Origin: Campylobacterales bacterium
Lineage (GTDB): Bacteria > Campylobacterota > Campylobacteria > Campylobacterales > JAOZPA01
DNA: 48,194 bases
Assembly (NCBI GenBank): GCA_029932985.1
Contig: JAOZPA010000002.1
Coordinates: 1-48,194, forward strand
Reading direction: 5' to 3'
The translations under genes were made by a program, and so were the position numbers. Below are positions 45,832 to 48,194 of this stretch, piece by piece; within the stretch, counting starts at the first letter, position 1, and every line of letters starts with the position of its first letter. The notes under the pieces were generated by a model that was not told the origin of the DNA, searched no databases, and worked only from the letters and a program-made list of their open reading frames with translations.

Positions 45832-48194
45832 AAGATTTATGTAGGGTGCGATTCAATCGCACCAATTTAATGTCGATAAACATATTAGGTTTATTTGTAT
45901 TTGCTATTATGGCGGTGTTTTTGACGGGATGTGTAGGTTCTACAAACTCGTTCCCAAGCTCTAGCTTGGTAACGAATAAAGTTGGGGCAGGGACTTTAGT
46001 CCCTGAAATCACGGGGACTAAAGTCCCCGCCCCTGAAAAAACAGAGGCGATTTTGAAGCTTGATACTTTGGGGCATACGGCAATTATAAATGATGTCATT
46101 ATCACCAAAAATCAAAAAATCATAACAGCGAGTGATGACAAAACTATTCGTGTGTGGAATTTAGATGGAAAAGAGGAGCGGAAGATTTTGGGTCAGATAG
46201 GCAAGGGAAGTGAAGGGAAAATTTTTGCAATTGCTTTGAGTCCTGATGAGAGATATTTAGCGGTTGGGGGAGTTATGGCAAATTTTAATGGTTCAAATTA
46301 TTCAGAAATAGGAAGAATCAGAATCTACTCCTACCAAAGTGGAAAATTATTAAAAGTTTTAAAATCTCATGAAGATACAATTACGGACTTATCATTTAGC
46401 AAAGATGGAAAATATTTAATCTCTGGTTCTAGTGATATCACCGCTAAAATCTGGAACACAAACGGTTTTGGATTGGTTGATACCATCAAATTTCACACAG
46501 AAGAAGTTTATGCAGTAAAAATTATAAAAAAGGCTGGAATCTATTTTGCCGTTACAGCGGGATCTGACAACAAGATAGCTCTTTATAATCTAAAAACAAA
46601 AAGAGTGGTGAAATCTCATCAAAAAAATTATAAATTACACTCTCTTGCTATCTCAAAAAATCATATAGCGGTGAGTGGATTTGGAAAAGAGATAACAATA
46701 TATGATTATGATTTGAATTTGGTCAAAATTATCTCTTCAGATACTGTGCTGTGGGGTTTAGCCTATTCCCCAAATGGAAAATATTTGATAGCGGGAACAG
46801 CAAGATCACCACAAAATGTAAATATTTACCAAACAACAAATTACCAAAAAATCTCTACTTTCTCTAAACACACTAATTTGACACAAGCGGTAGGATTTAT
46901 CGATAACCAAAGAGCGATAAGTTGTGGAGGGGGCAATAATGAGATATATATTTGGAATATCAAGAGTGCAAAAGTGATAAAAAAGATGGTAGGAGTGGGT
47001 GAGAGTGTATGGAGTGTGGGGGTCAAGGGAGAAAAGATTGGTTGGGGGAATAAATTTGATATAAAAAAACATCATAATTATGGTTCAATTCAAAAAAGTT
47101 TAAATTTAAAAACTGGAACCCTAAACTCGTTTAGGGCATCAGAAAAGCCTCGAACAAGTTCGAGCTTCCTAAGAATATCAACAAAAAATGGTAAATATTC
47201 ATTAATTCACCAAAGAGGAGGGGATTATGGTTACAGCGATGCGCTACTGGTACTAAAAGAAGATGGCAAAGTCAAGGTAAAAATCACAAGAGGCTCTACA
47301 GATGGATTAGGACACAGATGTTATGGATTTTACAAAAACTTCATCATAAGTGGAGGGTCGGGTGGATTTCTCAAAATCTACAATTTAGACGGTAAAGAGG
47401 TAGCTAACTTAGTGGGGCATACAGGAGAGGTTTGGAGTATCGCCGTAGATGGAGATAGACTCGTGAGTGGGAGCAATGACCAAACGATAAGAGTGTGGGA
47501 TTTGAGCAAGTTAAAAATGAATAATGAAGAGTTAAAAATTGATGAAAAATTAGTATCTTTATTAATCAATAAATTTAATACAACCAGAGAGACAATTATA
47601 TCAAAAGCAAAAGAATTAAAAAAAAGAGGTATAGATATTTATTTATCAAATGCTCAACAATTACAACCACAACTGAATATTTTCGTTGCCAAAAACAATG
47701 AATGGGTGGTATGGACGAAAGAGGGATTTTTTGATGCTAGTGAGAATGGAGCTAAATATATTGGTTATCATCTAAACCACGGAGCTAATAAAGAAGCGGA
47801 ATTTATCTCGGTTGATAAACTTTATAGCAGTTTTTACAAACCAAAACTTATCCAAAAAGCTTTGGCTGGTGAGGATTTGAGCCAATATGCCGATGAGATA
47901 AATATAGACAAAATTTTGAGTGATGGGTTATCACCAATTGTTAAACTATTATCTTCTCAAACAGAAATCAGGGGAGATAGCACGGAGATAAGATTAAAAA
48001 TCACAAATCGTGGTGGAAAGTTGGGAGAGGTAAAAATTTACCGTGATGGTGAATTGATTATGAATAAATCAAAAGCGGTGAGGGTAAAAGAGGATGGTGT
48101 GCATAAGTTTAGAGTAGCATTAAATGAGGGAGAGAATCGGTTCAAAATCGTAGCTACAAATAGGGCAAATGGTATGGAGTCGGATTCTCAATTT
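45828..48194 (+). CDS. WD40-repeat lipoprotein, 5' partial (789 codons in window; C-terminus beyond the edge)
   Basis: Not in the ORF track because no stop lies in the window. My own translation gives MKDLCRVRFNRTNLMSINILGLFVFAIMAVFLTGC (lipobox), then WD40 units (ASDDKTIRVWNL, SGSSDITAKIWN, SGSNDQTIRVWDL), then a NEWVVWTKEGFFDASENGAKYIGYHLN module. The frame is open to position 48194. Confidence 0.8.
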   Translation, partial: MKDLCRVRFNRTNLMSINILGLFVFAIMAVFLTGCVGSTNSFPSSSLVTNKVGAGTLVPEITGTKVPAPEKTEAILKLDTLGHTAIINDVIITKNQKIITASDDKTIRVWNLDGKEERKILGQIGKGSEGKIFAIALSPDERYLAVGGVMANFNGSNYSEIGRIRIYSYQSGKLLKVLKSHEDTITDLSFSKDGKYLISGSSDITAKIWNTNGFGLVDTIKFHTEEVYAVKIIKKAGIYFAVTAGSDNKIALYNLKTKRVVKSHQKNYKLHSLAISKNHIAVSGFGKEITIYDYDLNLVKIISSDTVLWGLAYSPNGKYLIAGTARSPQNVNIYQTTNYQKISTFSKHTNLTQAVGFIDNQRAISCGGGNNEIYIWNIKSAKVIKKMVGVGESVWSVGVKGEKIGWGNKFDIKKHHNYGSIQKSLNLKTGTLNSFRASEKPRTSSSFLRISTKNGKYSLIHQRGGDYGYSDALLVLKEDGKVKVKITRGSTDGLGHRCYGFYKNFIISGGSGGFLKIYNLDGKEVANLVGHTGEVWSIAVDGDRLVSGSNDQTIRVWDLSKLKMNNEELKIDEKLVSLLINKFNTTRETIISKAKELKKRGIDIYLSNAQQLQPQLNIFVAKNNEWVVWTKEGFFDASENGAKYIGYHLNHGANKEAEFISVDKLYSSFYKPKLIQKALAGEDLSQYADEINIDKILSDGLSPIVKLLSSQTEIRGDSTEIRLKITNRGGKLGEVKIYRDGELIMNKSKAVRVKEDGVHKFRVALNEGENRFKIVATNRANGMESDSQF
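45989..46028. repeat. two adjacent GGGACT palindromes inside the WD40 gene linker
   Basis: AGGGACTTTAGTCCCT (45989-46004) and GGGGACTAAAGTCCCC (46013-46028). They encode the duplicated peptide GTLVPEIT/GTKVPAPE just after the lipobox. Confidence 0.7.

Noticed and set aside
13431-46040. The GGGGACT...GAAAT units look superficially like CRISPR repeat or tracr-like sequence.
   Set aside because: There is no regularly spaced array. Copies are isolated, kilobases apart, in both orientations, and some are in coding sequence. No cas genes are in the window.
42995-46108. Two - strand ORFs (42995-43195 and 45770-46108) have similar peptide segments (DIKLERLNRPLLKFF versus DIKLVRLNRTLHKSF).
   Set aside because: They are the antisense images of the homologous lipoprotein signal-peptide coding regions on the + strand (43062 and 45828). 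The similarity is explained by the + strand genes.

Overview
About 48 kb of chromosome from an AT-rich genome. The protein content looks like Campylobacterota: HQWRQPL-type histidine-kinase H-boxes, a chlorohydrolase/futalosine-type amidohydrolase, and many TTG/GTG starts. This taxonomic guess is inference only. All domain calls were made by eye from the supplied translations; no database search was run.

I call 46 protein genes (32 on the - strand, 14 on the +) and one tRNA-Leu(CAA). I found no rRNA, CRISPR array, integrase or obvious prophage.

Most of the window is housekeeping: prfA, rpsT, ilvIH, PMM/PGM, cyclophilin, gpt-like PRTase, LolC/E permease, an M50 protease, flotillin plus NfeD-like, LysR, PepD-like, aroB, pdxJ, and several two-component proteins.

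The accessory or unusual content is:
1. A compact, markedly AT-rich two-gene cassette near the window centre (22820-24456). It encodes an ABC/SMC-type ATPase and a 209-aa TOPRIM-like protein joined by an ATGA overlap. This is my best candidate for a divergent or undescribed split-OLD / PARIS / AbiL-like defence module.
2. A solitary PHP-phosphoesterase + SMC/ABC-like ATPase fusion (8233-10206), similar to Ppl/TrlF.
3. A four-gene operon (13639-17463) chained by three ATGA overlaps. It links a coiled-coil protein, a transmembrane BON-BON-OmpA protein, a Ras/Rab-like small GTPase and a GGDEF cyclase.
4. A lipoprotein cluster at the right edge (43062 to beyond 48194). It contains a CsgG-like/PG-binding/DUF4384 protein, a PD-(D/E)XK Rpn-like protein and a WD40 lipoprotein.
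5. A truncated DUF262 gene at the left edge.
6. Strikingly over-represented, strand-polarised GC-rich oligomers (CCCCTCACCGAT, AGTCCCCTCACC, GGGGACT) and a 25-nt direct repeat pair.
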